DNA of 64,000 nt from Pristiophorus japonicus (lineage: Eukaryota), in the NCBI RefSeq assembly GCF_044704955.1, contig NC_091977.1, positions 369,830,001 through 369,894,000 of the forward strand. Direction: 5' to 3'. The notes below the pieces were generated by a model. The model had not been told where the DNA came from. It worked only from the letters and a program-made list of their open reading frames with translations, and ran no database searches. Each line of letters opens with the position of its first letter. Within the stretch, counting starts at the first letter, position 1. Both the position numbers and the translations under genes were made by a program. Of this stretch, positions 61,756-64,000 are shown one piece after another.

Positions 61756-62027
61756 CTGTTGGCTATAAGAAAGGAGATGTATATTTTGAAAGCTGAAAAG
61801 CCCCTCAGTCCTCAAGAGTTAAGTCCTGTGAACATTTTTCATTCAAGTACTTAATTCACATGGCTGGCCGTGGATTTTTTTTTCCATTTACACAATTTGT
61901 CCTCATTAGGCTATTACTCTTTCTCACATAGTAATTGTCAAACACTCTGGCTCTCTGAAAGATTCTGCACCTTGTCACATTTGACAGAATTTATGCTGCT
62001 TGGTTGTTCTCTGGGAAATGCTCACAA

Positions 62028-62233
62028 GGTAATGTAGTGGTTGTTTTACTGGACGAGTAATCCAGAGAACCTGAGTTTAAATCCCACCATGTCAGTTTGA
62101 GAATTTGAATTCAGTTTAAATAATCTGGAAATAAAAAGCTGGTATCAGTCGGATGAAGCTGTCGGATTGTCATAAAAACCAAACTGGTTCACTAATGTCT
62201 ATTCGGAAAGGAAACCTGTTCTTCTTACCTGGT
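62028..62233 (+). mobile_element. tRNA-derived SINE, 5' half
   Basis: A-box-like GTAGTGG...ACTGGA, B-box-like GAGTTTAAATCCC, body AATCTGGAA...CTGGTTCACTAATGTC...CTTACCTGGT. Confidence 0.65.
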
Positions 62234-62486
62234 ATGAAATTTAGTTCCACAGTTCAGTACTGACCTACTTGTGTAAATCAAGTCATTTAGCATAATGAAC
62301 AGGAGTAATTCAAACTGGAGTGTACGTTTCAAAATTGGATATTCTTGATATCATTGAATCCAAAATAGGCTGGCTGGAAAACCAACTCGCAGATGATTTT
62401 GTGTATCTCGGTCATAATAACAGTTACGTATCAAAACAAAATTCACCTGAATCTGTTTTAATAAAAAGTCATTGATCTGAAACGTT

Positions 62487-63208
62487 GGCCTGGATATTAA
62501 CAGGGGTGAATTTCGTAGGTGGCGGAGGTGGGTGGGAGGGACTTTCGAACCGGAATCCCGGAAGTCCAGTTTTCCTCACGTGTTAAAACTGCACAACAAG
62601 CGTCTTTTGGCCCTGACGGGGTCCCTGCCCGGCTGTCAGCCTGATTGACAGGTTTGGCTTCCAGTCAGGTGGAGAGGACTCTGGAGCTGGTAATAGCATC
62701 AGGTATCCAGGTTTGTCTGGTCCATGACTTGGGGGGGTTCTGATCCCCGACCCTAGGGTAGGGGGTTGTCCAATCCCATGGGGGGAGGTCCGATCCCAAC
62801 GGGGGTGGGGGGGGCTCCGATCCACAACCCCGTGGTCTTTGTATGGGGAGGAGGGGTTATGGGTGGGAGCTTGGGGGCCGGTGGGGAGAGCTCCTGCCCC
62901 TCCTGGCCCACAAGGTGTGCTGTAAAGTCACTTGCCATCTCCCGAAGCTGTCCTCGCCTTGCTTCAGCTGTCAGCTTTCCTGACCACCCACTGTAAAACC
63001 TGCAAAGCAGGTTAAATCAGAGGCTGCCAGCCTCATGAAAATATTTCAATTGTCAACCCGCCTCCTGGGAACCAGTTGCCTGCATGGCCCTTGTCCTGCC
63101 TCGGTAAAACCCGGAAGTGGATGGGATAGGATCAGGTTTCAAATTTTAAAAATGTTAACATCTGCCCGGAACCCAACCCACCTGTTTTTGCGTGTTAAAA
63201 TTCTGCTC
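62487..63208. mobile_element. Harbinger-type MITE inserted in a Penelope-like terminal fragment
   Basis: Imperfect TIRs GGCCTGGATATTAAC and GTTAAAATTCTGCTC; TSD GTT on both sides; flanks rejoin as CTGAAACGTT|CAC...CTGACCTGCTGAG...TCCAGCATTTTCTG. Confidence 0.6.
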
Positions 63209-63362
63209 GTTCACTTTGCTTCTCTCTCCACAGTTGGTGCCTGACCTGCTGAGTTTTTCCAGCATTTTCTGTTTTTATTTCAGATTTTGCTTTTCTTTTA
63301 GGGTTTTTGTCTGGTTAGCTGAACGAAAGTCAGTCACAGGTCGTGTTTTAATATGTCACTAC

Positions 63363-64000
63363 TGTTAAGTCTTGAATAAAGAGTCAGACTAGATACTGCA
63401 AGCTCAAAGTAAGTGTGACCGTAGTCCTTTAATTACAAATCTGAGTGCCTCTACAAACTGTGAGGCCTCCTTATATACAGGTGCTCCCAAGGAATTGTGG
63501 GATCCTTTGGGACTCCAGGAGATAAGCCCTCTGGTGGTTAGATATGGTAATTACAGGTTTACATACATAACAACACTCCGCCCCCCCCCCCGCACCCCCC
63601 CCAAAAGTCAATAGTGTAATTATTTACAATGTGAGTCAATCTGGGGCCTTCCTTTCCCTAGTTGCTTGTCTCGGTGCAAATGCTGGTGTTGGTGAGTCGT
63701 TTGTTGGGCCTTCACTGGGCTGCTGCGGAGCTGGCCTTGCTGGACTGATGGGGGTGATGGGTTCTGCTTCGTGGTTAACCGTTGGGTCGATTGCCACTTG
63801 TGTGTGTGTTGGAGGGTCGAATGTGGGTTGTTCTGGACAGTCCGTAAGTCTGAGTTTAGTTTGGTCCAAGTGTTTTCTGCAGGTGAGTCCATTTGCGAGC
63901 TGGACCACAAACACCCTACTCCCCTCTTTGGCCAAAACAGTGCCAGAAATCCACTTGGGACCTTGTCCATAGTTCAACACAAATACAGGATCATTTACTT
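63363..64000 (-). mobile_element. 3' end of a fourth Ty3/Gypsy element (3' LTR 63363-63572, PPT, integrase C-terminus), running off the window
   Basis: TG...CA LTR; PPT at 63573-63602; NYGQGPKWISGTV...CRKHLDQTKLR homologous to the C-terminus of ORF 24168-25055. Confidence 0.9.

Noticed and set aside
62300-62475. About 57-codon open frame between a SINE and a MITE
   Set aside because: Weak acceptor, no homology recognised, and a length within chance expectation.

Overview
Eukaryotic, most likely cartilaginous-fish (shark-type) intergenic or intronic DNA, inferred from its repeat families. It consists mostly of nested transposable elements, and I could not support any host protein-coding gene. 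Contents: about 12 CR1 LINE copies or fragments, one older CR1-group LINE split by later insertions, two RTE LINEs, four Mag-clade Ty3/Gypsy LTR retrotransposons, three decayed two-gene PIF/Harbinger transposons (transposase plus Myb/SANT gene), at least six Harbinger-type MITEs, several SINEs and a pyrimidine-rich minisatellite. The most notable object is a very young 2.6-kb LTR element (1265-3894) with one intact gag-protease ORF whose RT/RNase H/integrase region is replaced by an unrelated in-frame GC-rich tail with clustered YY1 motifs. Also notable: a CTCF-like motif at the same position in all four LTR families, a non-canonical FQDD-type RT motif, and two Harbinger elements fused across a CR1. 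All family names come from motif recognition, not database searches.
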